NCBI RefSeq assembly: GCF_001949145.1
Contig: NW_019091362.1
Coordinates: 496,670 to 560,669 of the forward strand
Length of the DNA: 64,000 bases
Reading direction: 5' to 3'
Source of the DNA: Acanthaster planci
Lineage: Eukaryota
In this document: positions 25,971 to 41,500 of the stretch, in pieces
Layout of the letters: each line of letters opens with the position of its first letter
Position numbering within the stretch: position 1 is the first letter of the stretch
Notes under the pieces: generated by a model
Database searches by the model: none
Told to the model about the DNA's origin: nothing
What the model saw: the letters and a program-made list of their open reading frames with translations, nothing else
Translations under genes and position numbers: made by a program

Positions 25971-28900
25971 TGAGGCAAAAGCCTAGATGTGGGTCGGTGT
26001 TAAAAAGAGCACAACAGCTTCACCCGAAGAAACCAGCTCCTTTAAGTCTAAACCTCAAACACATTACGGAGGAACTGAAAGAATCCCTGTGAAAAATTGC
26101 TTGAATGGAAATCTAGAAGAATGTTTGGGCCTTATTAATAACCAGAATTACTCACCTTGTGGTGATATTTTGCCCTTTGGTGATAGTCAACAAACTATGG
26201 CCAGTAGAATATTTTTTGTCGGTCTGCTGGCTATTTGTCAAACTCTTTCTTTATGGGTGTTTGCTCAGTGGTGTCTTGCAGGTAATGTTCAACCCCAGGA
26301 ATGGTTGATACTTGTAAACAGTTTGATAGATTAGTTAAGGTAGCAAACTCTGTATGGACATGATGCCATGCTTGCGTACATGTCTTTTATGGCGCATCCT
26401 TTGGTCTGTTCCTTTGTGCTACATCTTTTCACTTGTTGGTAGTGTAGGGTGTGATGCTACTGACATAAATTCCTCAAGGAGCCATTTCTTTTCTTAAAAT
26501 TTGACTATTATGCACTGAAATGAAGCGTGACCAAGTATATTTTCTTAACACTGCGAGTAGTGAGTAACCGGACTTGTCAGCGCTCAGCAGCACAAACATC
26601 CAAGTGTGTGGAATCAGTAGGATTGAAATTGAGCTTGAAATTAAATCCTGAAAATGGGTCAAACTAATGTGTGCATGTATTTTACAGTTTGAGTGAAGCC
26701 ACAGTTTGTTCGTTTAATGCTTCTAAATCATTTACTTGAATAGGTAAATGTACATGTCGGCCCCTTAAAGGAATTTAAATTTGATGAGCTGTTTTGAGAA
26801 CTCCTTTTACTTGCTTGACTTTATGGAGGAAGTTACCATACTTAAACCTTTCAAGATAACACTTGTGTAACCAGCCAGTATGTACAATGTGAAATTAAGT
26901 GGTAAGATCTCTTTGAAACTACATGTACATGTGTGAACGTACACAGAGTAATGTACAAGAAATCACTTTGTATAGTAATATAAGCAGTCTTTGGAAAATT
27001 TGGATAATTTCTAAGTTGGATCTCTGAGGTTAGTACCATAGTTTCACATACATGGCACTGGTATGTTGTACACCTTGAGATCATCTCTATTATACTTTAA
27101 TTTGTCACGGTGTACTCGTATATGTACTCACAAGTACAGGAACACCATACAAGCCTTTCACCCCAATTATCGACCGATAACCCCTACCTTTATGAGCATT
27201 GAGTTTGATTATCACAGCGGTCAGCACACACACTGACTGCCAGGGCTTGATTGAACGCAGATCCCATGGCCATTATTATTTAATCAGTGTGGCAGTTGCC
27301 CGCCATCAATTAAGAGTCCGGAGGAAAAAAGTGAAAGAAAGAAAAGCAACCTGCACTGGGCCTTTTAAATGTCATGGAACCGCAGATTAATCATGGCACA
27401 AGAAAAGTGAGGGAAAAAGTTGAGCAGCTTTGGAATATCAGTTTACAGAACGTGATTCCCGTCAAATTGATGCCTGGCAAAAAGAAAGGAGGAAAGAATT
27501 ATTGAAGGATGCAAAAACGTTAAATGGCTAACTCGCTAACTCCTTTTGGTTCAACACTGGCGTTGAACCGGGTCATTTTTTTTCCCCTCGTAGGAGATTC
27601 ATTTCTGTAGGATTAATCTTCAAGGATCTGTTTACTTTTGATGACTTGATGAATGGAGGGTGCAGTGCTTTTGAAGAGAGCTGGTTGGCAATTTGGGTTT
27701 GGATTTCATGTTTTGCTATTTCTGAGGTCATTTCATTGACACTGCTGGCACTTACACTACAGAACTGTACTGGTCTTTTGGGAATTGAAGATTTATTTGT
27801 TTGTTTTTTTCTCCTAAGGGATAGGAAAAGCCCTATCTTGGTATTGCAGATCATGATACAGAAGAAGATTAAGTCACATTGCATTCTATTTTGAGACCAA
27901 GTAACGAAAAGTAGGAATAAAACAGCTCCATACTCCAGTGCTTTGGAGTAATTTGAATGAAAAGAGAAATGTGTCGATAACATTAGCTCATCACAGTTAA
28001 AATACCCAGATAATTGGTACATGTACTTCACAACTCTCATGAACTAGTCACATCCACAGATCTTTGTGTAATCTTAGAGCAGGTTTTGAACTCTGAAAGT
28101 ACCTGTACACTTGAAAGGATTTGACTTTGTGCCAGGCTGAACTTAAGAGATGTTTGTAAGAATTGAATTGTGTGGTAGTTGTACTATTGGAACATATCCA
28201 TTGAAAAATATGCGGAATGCTCTGAATATTGATGCCTAGAGTACATGTGCATCTCTCTGGAAAACAGCGTGTACAGGTGTTGCTGCACATTGCTTATGAG
28301 AAACTATTTCTTGACAAAGGTGTCCATAACATTTGTTGACTGTTGTGTAGCCTGGGAGATGCTTGAAGTTGAACATAAATCAGCATCCAGCCCAGACACT
28401 TGGTCTTTTCTGAGATCTTCAAAGTTACCTTTATCCATAATAAGATGTTTTGTTAACTGTATGAGCTTACATCTTTTTTAAGAAAAAAAAAAGAGCCGAC
28501 ACAAAAGCACACCACACTTCAGGCAAGAAGTTGTGATGTACATCGAACAGCCTGATTAAGTGTGCACCCAGTTTCTGCTCTCCTGAATGCCAGCAATCGA
28601 TCGGCGGTGTCTGTTGTTGCAGTTAGCAATGGCACCTTCAATCTCTGGCATTTTCAAACTGTCCAAAAGACCACTGCAGAACTTGACCTTCAGTGTCAAT
28701 TTGAAACTGGCTGGGGGAAAAAATAGTGTATTTGCGTCAGATACCCAGTGTGCAAACAACCGTATACATGTATGCGCCTGCATGACTAGATACGCGCAGC
28801 ACAAATTGGATGAAATTTCTTAGCTTCCTCTCTGACTATCACAAATTCAATTTTTCAGGTGGCCCTGTCTAATTCTATAACCTTCACTTATTATTCCATC

Positions 28901-31900
28901 GTCAAATAATGTTTGTGTTTTTAGTTCCCCTGATTATTTCATCTTTGAAAAAGGCAGTCAACCTTTTGTTGGCTGTATTGCTGAATAACAAGTTTACTGA
29001 GCTGTTTTTGATTTTTTATTTTGCATTGGTGAATATCAGTGTAATGCACAAATGCAATTTTTGATGAGTAAATACATGGCATTTTCATGGAAGTCGCTGA
29101 TTACAATGCACAAAAAGCCACTCAGCTACAAGGAAAAGCAGAAACTGAAACTGGGACCAAATATGTTGGTGATTGAATAAATGTGAAAAGGTACATGTAC
29201 GTACATGCAATTGGTCACATTATCAGTCAAGAGTATTACTACATATGGGCACAGTGACCTTTCCCTTTGGATGCAATTTTTGTCCAAATTCAACTTTAAA
29301 TATCTCAAGTTGGCAACAACAAATTTTAAATCCCATTGATACAAACATGCTTTGGAACTTGCAGTTTACATGTATGTCTGTAGTCAGGTTTTTTGCACAG
29401 CCAATCAAATTTGTGCAATCGAAATTTTTCGTTTGTGTTTTTGTTCCACATGCTGCTGGTGCTTAAGAAAAGCACCCTGCAACATGGAAACAATATAATC
29501 CATTGCAGGCTGCTACAACAAGCCTTAGGATTGGTCACATTGCACAAGATTTGTGACGTAATCGGCCAAATATGGTAATAATCTAGACTAATTATACTTA
29601 AATTGGGATGGGCTGTAGATAAACAGGATGTAGGCAGGAATTCACAAAGTATTGACTTATTAAATGTGTTTGACGTCAAGCACGTTCTCAAAAGTCAGGA
29701 ATTGAGGGGCATTAAGAAATAACCAAATTACGAGACCATTGTAATTTCATCATTTGATACTGCATGTGAATTAGTTTAAAGTGCACATAGCATACCCAAA
29801 AAATGCCGAAGTCCAACACCTGGATTTCCAGTCCATGTCATTTGAAGGACTCAGGTCCATGTTTCTTTGTTAACATTCACTTGACACAACAAGCTCTGTA
29901 AATGTTTTCCACATAATGGAGCAGTTAGTAAAAAATTCCTAATGAATTGGAAACAAAATGGGGAAAAAAGATAAATACCTAATACTAACATTTCTTTACC
30001 TACATGTAGGTAAATTTGTGATGTGTACTGTTTTTATTTATTGATTAATAACTGATTGAGTGATTGATCTAATAATAACCTGACTTGTGTACAGTCCTAC
30101 TAACCCACTAATCCAGGTAATTCCTCCACCTGAGTTCCTCGGGGGAAACTCAGTCAAAGTAACCATTAACATGACCTGGCCCTTTTCCTTTTTCCTGTCA
30201 GTCACAATCGAAAAAAAAAATTCCCTGGGGAGTTAGCTTGGCCATCACTTGGAGTGGAATTATTGGAATTACTAGGCAGCTGGTTGTCAAGACTTTCCTT
30301 GTAGGTTATCTTTCTTCTGGTGTCTTGTCTTGGTATCTGAAAGTCCCCACCCTCGGACTTTGTTTCCAGTTGCTTATATCCTTCCAGTTGTTCTTTTTAA
30401 CAGGTCTCTGTTCAACGTAAAAGCAAACAAAATAACAAAAAAATTGAAAAAAAAAACCAAAAAAAACCTTATTTTATTTGACCTCAATGAGTAACATCAG
30501 CATAGTTGTTTCACGAGTTCGATATGAGAGCATGACTTAAGGTACCAGTATAATGCAGAGTAGGATATCTGAAGCAGTCATTAATGGATTTTAGTAAATA
30601 ACTTCCATTCAGGAAGTTACAATTATTGGTAGTTTTATCAATAATTGCATGTGTTCTCTTTTCCATAGCCACAGCAGCATTCTTATATATTCTACATGTA
30701 CTTTTCGTATGATTTGAGGATTCTTGGAGTGAAGAGCTGAGAATAACATCCTTCCACAATTATCAGTATAGTCCCAAATCCCTCAAAGTAAACAGCAATT
30801 AATTCTGGGTTTTAAAATGTCATTATTTACAAAACATGTATGGGGCACACATGTACATGTACATGTACTTAACTGTAACCCTAACAGTGCGAAATCCTCT
30901 GATTTCAATATGATTTTACACATGATTTTACACACACCCGGACCTGTCCACATTTGTGCACGCACGATAGCAGTATGGCTAATGTGTTTTAGTGTACACA
31001 ACCTTTGCAAGAGAATTTTTTATAAAGTTTGATCACTTACATAGTTTGATAGTTGATTGATGATCATTTTATTGACCAGAATTCTCTCTTCCCTTGATGC
31101 TATAGCAACCAAACTTCCATGTGAGAATTTTATGAATGATGCAGCTTTGAGCATGAAAGTCGTTGTATTCCAGAGAGAGCTTGCCAGAGTTTATACATTT
31201 AGATGGATGGCAATCTGGCATTTGGACACTTCTAATATTAGCTGCAAACGTCATTACGTGATACAAACACGAAGAGTCGCTAACTGCTTTACGCACACAC
31301 TGACTCGCTTCCCTTGATGGAGCAGCTATTCATGCAATTTGAAAAGGGTGGATAGGAGCCATTGTTGAACTAAAGGAGGGGGCGACTTGGAGAAGCCCAG
31401 CAAATATCAATGTATTGAAGCCGTTACTGTGTGGCAGTCGCCTCTTTCTCCTGACAAACGGTAGTCGTCTGAAGAAATAAAAGCCAGTTGCGTAAATTGT
31501 GACGAAGCAACGCCTGCTTTGCTGGGACAAATGCTTGATGGTCAGGCTGTTAGTGAGTGTCATCCCTCCCTTGAAAGATCAAGTGCGATTTCCTTTTTTG
31601 TGAGCTGTGGTATTGTGCTGACCGAGGGGCTGTCGTTGGTCATAAATGGGGCTCTGCACTGCAAACTGGATCACTTTGTGTCTGTTTAAATGTAATATTG
31701 TCCACGCAAAAGCCTCTTGTCACTCGAAGGAACATCACAAACGTTGACCGCTCTGCTCTTTCCATTTAGTATAATAGGTTGGAAGATCTTAGCTTTGCCA
31801 CAAAATTATCTTGAGTTTTTTTAGATTTTAGTCACACTATCCCTAAGGCACTTTTCTGGATTCTCTAAATGAAAAGTAAATTTAAAGATAGCAATTTCAT

Positions 31901-34900
31901 ATAGCACTAACCTGTAAAAGTAGTGCTTGAAAAGTTAAAAAGAATTATTATTCTTTGTGAAAATTCTAAATTTAGATTAATTCAAGAAATGGATTGGGAA
32001 AGATATGATTTATCAATTGTGTAAATGTGAACTATTTCAACGATGTCAATACATATATTTTTAATCATAAAGTACAAAATGTAAGTGTGAAAAACAAGTT
32101 TTGTGCGTTAAAGTCATCAGAGTGAGTGATGACATGCAAAATGAATAATGTAAGTTTCCTTAAAATGCCACCCTAATGTACAAACTTATTGTTCCATTTG
32201 GTCATCTCCTATGGACAACCAGTATCAATTATTCAATATGCAGAAGCAGCTGACAAAAGCGTTTGCCCATGACTTGATCACTCATAGGTGGGGAATGAAG
32301 AAAACTGTGTAAATCACTTTCCGTGCTTCTATTAAAGTCATCCTTGAAAAGGTCCTCATTTAACAACGGAAGGCAAAGACCTTTGTCACATCTGGCCATT
32401 CCTCCAAAATGACGTCACCCACCTTTAAATGACGTCAGAACTGGGGAGATTTTTTTTCTTGTTTTCCGATTTAACGTATGCAGTGATAAAGGTTGTCTAA
32501 CTGGGGAGAAGGGAGGGGGACTGACATACCACCTGGTGCAAGTAGAGGGAAGAGATCGCTCATGCAAAGATGAAATCTTAGAAATCGAATCATTTACTTC
32601 AGGTGAAGAGATGTCAAAAATAGACACTAGTCTCAAGTTGTTTTATGGTACGTATACATAAATATTCACTTTAAGCATTTGAAAAGTCACACAATTTGGA
32701 GTGCTACCGGTAGGAACTCTGGGAATGATGGACTGATGTGTTCACTGAAGAGTTAAACATTTATTCAAAGCCCAAGTTGTATACTTTTTCAGTACATGTA
32801 AATGATCTTGAATGACAGGGAGTTACAATGGTACGATGTGAAAAAACTAACAAGGAACATGACAGTACATGTACATGTGTTTGGTGTATCGGTTCCTAAT
32901 ATAGGACCCCAGGCCCCCAATTCTGTAAACAGGCATTAGTGTGAGAAGAGACTGTTCATGCTTGCCTGTTTGGCTTTGTTGCTCATTGATACCGGTACAC
33001 TAATCAGACCGTATTCCTACATGTACCTTTTGTAATGTTTATACAGGAAGTTGCTTTAGACAACAGTGATTAAAGAAAACACATGAGTCTGTTCTGGAAA
33101 AACTCTGTGGCGCCCAAACTTTGCATACATCACCAAAAGATTGGAGGAGACAAATTGGAGACGCCAGTCTGTGTGAATGATTGATACTTAATATTTGCTG
33201 TTGGCCAGGGAGTCCCCCCCCCTTGACCTTGAACCATCACGACATTTGCTCCTCCGAGAAAACCTCGGTGAGCGCAGCGGTGCATTACTTCCAGCATAGA
33301 CAGCAGGTGTTAGACTTAGCAGGGTTTGTTTTCATTACATTTCAGAGGTAATGTTGTCCTTGCTTGACAGGGCAGAAGTAACAACATATTTGATTTTGTT
33401 TTTTTTAGAATATTGCATATATACATCTTTGAGTATGTGCAGAAAGTGGATTCAGAATAAAAGCTCTGAAGAGCTTGACTCTTCTGGAATTCCTCAATTA
33501 GAAATCACGTACCACGTGTCTTGCAGAAATATTGACATTTGTTAGCCCTTCATGACAAAATAAGCATGAAGTTGCACTCCACTGTTTCCTATTATGACGG
33601 TTCAAAGTCTAAAATTGAAGGGAAGGTCAAGTTTTGGGTTTTGTGATGTTTGAAAAGACTAATGCATTTTCTATTTAATTCCAAATTTTTAGCTGGATCG
33701 GATATTTAAAAATGTAATTTTCTTACCAATTTTGACGATAGCATTATTTGTACCTGGTCAAATCTTAATGTCTGTGTACCTGGTCAAACAGCCACTGGAA
33801 TAATGTCACATTGTTATCATTTTACTCTAAGTGTTACGTACAGTACATGCACTACTAGAAAGCCCTTTTCCTGTTGAATTAAGAAATGCTAATATCACAA
33901 TAATCACAAATTTCTACTCATTCATTTCCTACTCAGCTCATTTTGTGGTTGCTATAAGCATCCGTAAAAACATGTTCACCATGATGTTGGCCCGTGTTTA
34001 GATAGGGAAATGTAGTTCGTGAACATGAAGCATGTTGAAAGTCATTTGCGTAACTTCCGCCAATCATACCAGTAAGTCATGTGATATGAATAATGCATAT
34101 CCTACATTTATTACCATGTCTGTTGCTGCCCAAGACCTTACAAAACATCCAAGACCTTCCTGTGATAACGATTCGTAAGGTGATTGTGCCCTGTACAACG
34201 GAAGGTGTTTTCAGCCACTAGCTGGTGACTTCATATGCTGTTCCCAACTGCAGCCCAACAATTCAGACCGTAATTTTATACTTTTATATGTTCAAAACAG
34301 TGACAGTCGGAAAAAAGAACTAACTTTTTTATGCTTCAGAGTAATTGCTAACATGCTCCCAACAAAAATGGAGAAATGGATTTGGCAACCAGAGTTTAAT
34401 TTGTGGCCGTTACCTTCTTGTACAAAAATCTACTGGCATTATATGTGGAACCAAATTAGAATGGACCTGTTTTTTCCTTTCTGGAATGTTGAAGACATGT
34501 TTGTGTGTAGTCATTGAGTACTGATTGTACTCGTACTTCATGGTCATATGCACAGTGTCTTCTGGATTATGGTAGATGGATGAGGTTTGGCATTTACGTG
34601 ATCACGACTCTTACAGCAAAGAGCTTTCAACCAAGCATGAAAAACTTACCAGGACCAGTACCTTTGACATTTCTTGTGGACGGTTGGCATTTTGAACAAT
34701 TTTGTGGACTGTTGGTTTTCATTTGAAGCTATTTTGCTGCAGATTTTGTGGGAAAAAAAGCCTTCCTTTGGGGATTTTCAGATTACAGTTGTTTGAATAA
34801 ATAAATATGAATATGCATGAGCTTCAAATCCCAACTATTTCTTTGTAATTTTGTGGCAGTGGGATAGTAAGAAACATTGTGTAAGGAAAAGTTTAAAATT

Positions 34901-35172
34901 TAAGAGGAGCAAGTGTGTACAGTACATGTACATGTCGACGAGACACCTGGCGAAATGACATGGATAGATTACCCTCTTCACAATATTTGTGTAATGATAA
35001 AGATTAGACAAGTGGTGTTGGCGGTCTTCTTTATGTGTAGATAAAAATCCAGCAATAAACCTGAGTAGAAGGTGTACGTCAGCGTTCTAGAACCTGTCTC
35101 AATGAATCCACCTCACTAGAGCACCACTTATCACTATATCCATCAAAATTGTACCCCAAGGATACTGATGAT

Positions 35173-35230
35173 TGGAATCAGTGGAAAGGACTGGAATCAA
35201 TGGAAAGGACTGGAGTCAGTGGAAAGGACT
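35173..35230. repeat. Tandem repeat, 19-bp unit x3
   Basis: TGGAATCAGTGGAAAGGAC and close variants at 35173, 35192 and 35211. Confidence 0.9.
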
Positions 35231-38200
35231 GTCTTATATATAAATGCATGTTGCACATAAGACTCTTTAGCCCCATGCAAATAGACTGAAGATTTGATAA
35301 ACTTGACTTTTAGTCCCCACTGACTGTCATTCTACGGGGTTTATTTGGAGATTTGATCCAGGAAGTACCATTAGGCCAGCCAGGTGATTGGGTTAGCAGC
35401 TAGGTGTACAAACAGACAGAGAACCACTCATTCATGATTGGAAGAAGTGTGTGTAACTTGATAGCATCCATGAGGTTGCAGAGGTTTAGGGAGTGTGTGT
35501 TCTTGTATACACTGTACATGGATGGTCAAAAAAAGTACATGCACACATCCCTCCCAGATGGGCCTTTCACAGCCTATTGTTGGGTGTGTGAACAGAAATG
35601 CACACTTTCGTTATGAAACCTGTCAAATGGTAGGATCTGTCCTTCACCCATAGCATGACTGTTATAATGTCTTGGCTTCTATGAACTCATCTTCAGTGTC
35701 TGTTATGGAGATAAATGGCTCTTTTGCATACTGACATGTAATTGGATCAAACCAACTTTGTTGAAGCACCGTTGGAAATGTAAATGAATCAACCACAATC
35801 AAATTATACTCATACCTGAGCCCTCTCATATTTCATAATCTGTTCGCAACTCGGAGAAATTAGCCAGTCGTTTTGCCATGTGTCTATCGCCCGCCCTCTG
35901 GGCAGACTTTAAGTAAAAGTACAGAGGAGGTTAAGCATGACGATGCCTGTGCAGCAGCCCTTTGGCTCTTCCAGGAAATGCACTGTATCTATGTAATTGG
36001 TTAAATTTGCATTACAAAATGCTTAAGGAGCATTAACATGGACGTCAGGACTCTGAAACGTGACTTTAACTGAGCACTATAGAATTCTTTGAAAAGTGTG
36101 TTTTTAACCACTTCTTCCAGATATTGATGGAAATGCGGTTTTCATCTTGCCAGCACCGTCCAAATCAATTTTAGTGAATGCAGATCTTCATAAGTCATCT
36201 TTATGCTTGTCACTGTGAAGCCTTCCCCAGTTCTACTTGTTCTTAGAAATTCAATCACCCTGGCTCTGGAAATTACAGTTTAAGTCCCTAGACATTTTGG
36301 TTTACTACCGGGTACTTAGCAGCTGATTGAACATCGTTGAGTCTCTTTAAGATCTGTTGTCTTTTGTCCATCTCTCTGACACCCCAGAGAAATTTGGCAA
36401 ATGGAGGGTAAGCTTAACATTGACCTGAATGATTCACTCTGAATCTCCAAGCACTGTGGGCCCCTGTGTGCTCAAAACTTAATGTGTACTTGGGGGGAAA
36501 GGCCTATTTTAACATGCTTGTTTTAAATCCGATGTGAATAATCCTTACTTGCATGTCAAAGACCACTTGTGAGACTTTTGGATCTGTTAGAGTCTAGACT
36601 TGTGGATGGAGAGGACACACTTGACAGGTCTGAAGGACTAAGCGATATTCCCTGGTCTGTAGTCATAGTTCAGGAGGATGCATATTTTTCTTTTTAGTGT
36701 GTCACTCTTGATGTTTCAAATTTGACAAGTGAAAATATATGAACATTTTACATGTACACATAATTGATGAAAAAAAATCAAGGCAAATGATGCAAATTAA
36801 AAGATTGAATACACCTAGAAATTAGAATGTGTTTTGTGGACGTACATGTGCATTCGATCCAAATAACAAACTGAATAATGTTGGCACTCCATAGCAGTCT
36901 ATTTGTAGAATTGAAAATTTGGATGTCCAACTTCACGTGTGATTGGATATTTGAAGATTTGGTTGTACTGAATTCCCACGTAAGCAAAAGCAAAAAATAC
37001 TTTCTCAAAATTAAAACAGAAAAACTGGAAGGACAGTACATGTATTTTTGGCCTTATTGTTAGCTTGTGCATTCACCTGCCTTTGAGTTGACTTGTTACA
37101 GCTTGAAATATGCTTTAGAATGCAATTTTGTTACCAAATGCTTATAATTTAATTTTCCCCTTTTGTTTTATTGATTTACCCACCTGAATAATTGATTGTG
37201 AGAATCAATTGAATATCCAAATATTTGAATAATCAGGAAAGCCCTACAGCACTTGATACGTATATGTTGGCAGTCATAACACGCTGCTGAATGTGTCGCA
37301 TTTATGTACATGTGTATGTATGTATTAGCTGATTCTTCAGTATGAGATTGATTTGGAATTTTGTATCTCAGGTCACGGCTTTTTGTTTCTTGAGCAAGAA
37401 ATTGCCTGCTGGTGAGATCTCTATTTCCTTTTTTGGCAAGTGCACAATGGCTGCTTCTTTACACGGCAAACATTTACAGTATTTTCGCACTTTCGAAATT
37501 TTACTTAGATCTAGTGTATCAAAAGTCATTGAATGTAATTTGGATGGAAATGGCTTCCAATGCTGTTAATTAATTTAAGCAAAATTATATCCATCATACA
37601 TGTACACAAACAAACATGTTTGCCAACAAAAAAATCTCCAGTCACATTGTGTATAGTGTATCGTCTTTTTAAACATGGGTATGGGTACTGTTTCGGTACC
37701 TCTACGAAAAAAATGTGATACAGAAATTTTTCATATGGCACATTGAATGTACAGGTAAATATTAGTTGGGATAGCTTCTGGGAGTTCATCGTTTCTGCAG
37801 TTTATTGCAGTATTTACCAGTATTTAGAGTGAGACAGTTGCACAGTTCCAATGAATCTGTGTCATTGATACCAGCATACTTGTTATCTAGGTTCCTATTT
37901 AGGTGGTGTGTTTTACATGTTGTAAAGGAGATGAGAACCAGGCCAACTACGGGGCTAGATTCCTCTTTGATTGGCCGTTAGTGAATCCCTAGCAGAGATA
38001 CCATTGTGAACTCAGCTTTCCTGTCAAGACAAGCATTGTCCATCAATCAACTATGGGTAATGCATGAGGTGAAATTTCAGTCTTGGGGTGCTTGGAAGTA
38101 AGAAAATGAAGAGGAAGAGTTAGTGTGCTTGTATGAAAACAATTTGAAAAACTTCATGAATGATGAGTTTCTAAGAAGAACCATTACACTTAATTTGTCA

Positions 38201-38455
38201 ATAAATCAGCTTGGTATGCCTCTTCTCATCTGTCAAATTATGAAAGAGATTTTAGTGGTGTGTTACAGCTTACGGAAACAGGATATTTATGGTTTTGACA
38301 AGTATACTGTAATAGTCCTTCTGAATTTTGGATGTTGCATGTGATACTAATGAAATATTCAGTAGCAAAGCACGTGGTACATGGCCATAGATGATTTGAT
38401 ATTTTTTCTTTACTTCCCCAGGCCTTCACATATGAACGTTGCATACAGAAATTTA

Positions 38456-38514
38456 TTAACCCTAACACTCCTCAGTCCTCCAACAGGTGAAGGATTGAGG
38501 AGAGTTAGGGTTAA
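38456..38514. mobile_element. 59-bp TTAA-bounded hairpin mini-element (piggyBac-type ends), copy 2, opposite orientation
   Basis: TTAA-CCCTAACACTCCTCAGTCCTCCAACAGGTGAAGGATTGAGGAGAGTTAGGG-TTAA. Same length as copy 1, and the loop is the reverse complement of the copy 1 loop. Confidence 0.75.
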
Positions 38515-41500
38515 TGATGTTCTCTGTTCGAACATGCTAACTTGCATGTTCATACATGTATATAAATATTCTAAGCCTTGTCCTTCATAGTGCTAGTTAA
38601 AATTACTGGAGAAAGAAAACATTGGTTGGAGAATGTAGAAAGAATAAAGCCACTCGCATAGTACATGTACATATTAATAAACAGTTTGATCTACAATTTT
38701 TAGTTGAATGCACCCTACCAAAAAGTTTCAACATCAGTTTTGCATGCAGTATTTCCAAATTTGTTGAACTTCCAAAAGATGAAATGTATACAGTAACATG
38801 CCAACCATTACATATGCATTTTACATATGTCCAAGTATAATGTGGTTTCGGATACTGAGAGACAGTGACAGTAGAGTGTGCATGTACTGGTACATGTTAT
38901 GTTCTTCCATCGTTCATGTGGATTCCCTGCCATTTGTGATACACAAATCAACTCATTCTACTGGGAGAGATGCTCATCAAATAACTGTCATCTCTACACT
39001 GCAAGGTTGTTTCTCACAGGGATTTCGACTAATTCAGAAATTCTCCATACATGTGCATGTATGTGAGTGTGCACTCTACTCCTAGTAAGACGAAGAGCCA
39101 ACTCGAGTAGTATGTCTTTGTAAGTTCAAGTTGACCTCAATTCATGCCCCACTGGTTATCTGGTTCACATTCACATAACGGCTTCTTTCCAGACTGAGGT
39201 TTTGACCCCCCCCCGACTCTTCTTTAAACTGTACCCCTTGGTCAGGACTTCAAGTGCTTGCTATTTTTAAAGTTGACATTTTCCTTCACATTGCAAAAAT
39301 AACTGTTTATTGACCACAGTGTGTGGTACATGTACGTGTATGATATACATGTACAAAAAGTTCGTGCACTCAAGCAGTGTTTGTTGACAATTAATTGTTG
39401 ATGAATTCAACATAAGCTTCAATGTTTCCTGAAGTTTCTCAGCTTCAATTGGTATTTTGATTAGGTAAACCTCTCCCTCGGTGTACATACAGTTGGCCTG
39501 TAAAATGGCAACTTTGGCCTGAATACACGTAGTGTAAGATTTCATACATTGAATGCTACATGTCTGAGCAGTCATTATTAAAAGCAGGTTTTAATGGGAA
39601 ACAAGTGTAAATCATCTTCAACATCGAGATCCGATGCAAACATAAAAAGAATATGTTGGCCTACATGGTACATGTAGTGCATGTACCATACATGTATAAA
39701 ACATGTTTAATGGCATCCTATACATGTGTCCATGTATATGTACATGTACAATGTAGTTATGCCTTAATTAAATGTCTATACACCAGGTGGAATGCAAACA
39801 TACAGGTTGTAGTGTACATTGTGTCATGTCATTTGCCTTAGTCTGTCCAAAGATGTGGTTACAAGGAGCTATTAAAGTCTTATAGCAATACCACATGTGC
39901 CAATTGGTTTGCCATGTGACATTTTAATGAATCAATCAAATTGCTGCAAATTGTAACCAGAGGGGTGTTGACTTTGAGATGGGGCAATTCTCAACCTCGG
40001 GGAATTACATGTACATTAACATGTACCACAGGAATTTAGGAGCATTTGGACCAGTAACTGCAACCACACATGCTCCTCTGCCAACAAATTTGAAAGCTCT
40101 GTGTACCAATATGGCATGGAGCATTAAACTAGGGGCAGTGTTGTGCATTTTCAGTGAATGAATGGATTTGTGCAAAAGGAATAAAAAAGGTCACCATGCG
40201 AAATGTCGTGTTATTGTTTCATTTATATTCTGTCAGCTGCTTGACTGTGTAAATAGACATGTAGATGTGTCTTCTCATTTTAATGAACGTTTTAAGTTGC
40301 TTAATAACAACATTGCGTGATTCAAAAATAGATAGATAGATAGATGGATGGATGGGAGACAATTCCAATTAAATCCGGCTTGTTGACTCCCTGTAAATTT
40401 TGGTTGATTTTTCCCCAAAATTCTTTTATAAACAGCAGCAGTTTTGTTTGGTACGTGTTTGTCATCTTTACAACTCAATAACTTTCTTGATAAGAAGTTG
40501 GCAACTTTTGCAGTAAATTAAACCTCAGTGTTGTTCAGGTGACTCTGAATGATCTGGAAAGTGACTTGTAAGAAAAACATACAATAAGGTCTTGCGTCCC
40601 TTCTAACGAGTGGACCGTCGGCACACTCAGTTAATGCATGCAAATTGCCGTCTGTCCATCCTTAAATCTAATAATGCCACCTCTGGAGTCTGGGCAGGGG
40701 GTTCAAAATTGCCCCCTCAAGTGTGGCGTGTTTGTAAATCTGCTCATATCTGACAAGCATTTGTTTTGGCTTTGGAGGAGTCGTTGGCCGGGATAAAGTT
40801 TGGTGTTTTTCCAGTGCCTCGGATGGACCAATCAAACGTTGTGCTAATCTGCCCGGGATTCAGACCTCCCCGTCAATTTCATGCAGGCTGCCAAAACATG
40901 CCTAATATGTATCTTCGTTCCTTTTTTTAATATTTGACTAGAAATATAGGTCATAGTGGGTTAACAGTCAAATTGATGCATTTGGAAGACAAAGTTGAGT
41001 AGACCAGTTTGCAGCCAAACTTTAGTGGTCAGTAGTAATATCCCAATCCACCAAATTTTAAACCAGATAATAAGTTTTGAGCAGAGTTTAGTTACCTATC
41101 AATCAAGTTGAGGCCATATGGCAGCTTGACCTCAAATTAAAAAAAAAAAGCTGCCGTAACAAGATATTGTAGTAGCCCTCAATCATTTTGGTATCAAAGA
41201 TTTCTTCCGTGCCATCAGCATGCACCCTCCCCGTGCTCCTGGATCCCTCTCACAGTTACTCTGTACAGGTATCTCCTCATCCTGTCCACTAGCTCCTTGG
41301 CTCTCTTGTCCTGCCTGATTGATTGCACCTTCATGGTGGTAAGTAACAAGCTCCTCTTACATGTACATCATAGTTGGAAGTCGGGCACCTGTCAGCCCAG
41401 TGTCAAAATTGTCCCAGTTTAGGAAGGAACCAGTGACAACAAATTGTTTAATCTGGCAACCAGAATTAGATGCCATCACTGTGGTGATGCCTGCACAGGT

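Noticed and set aside
27573..28040. 155-aa minus-strand ORF
   Set aside because: AT-rich, no motif and no convincing exon structure; a chance ORF.
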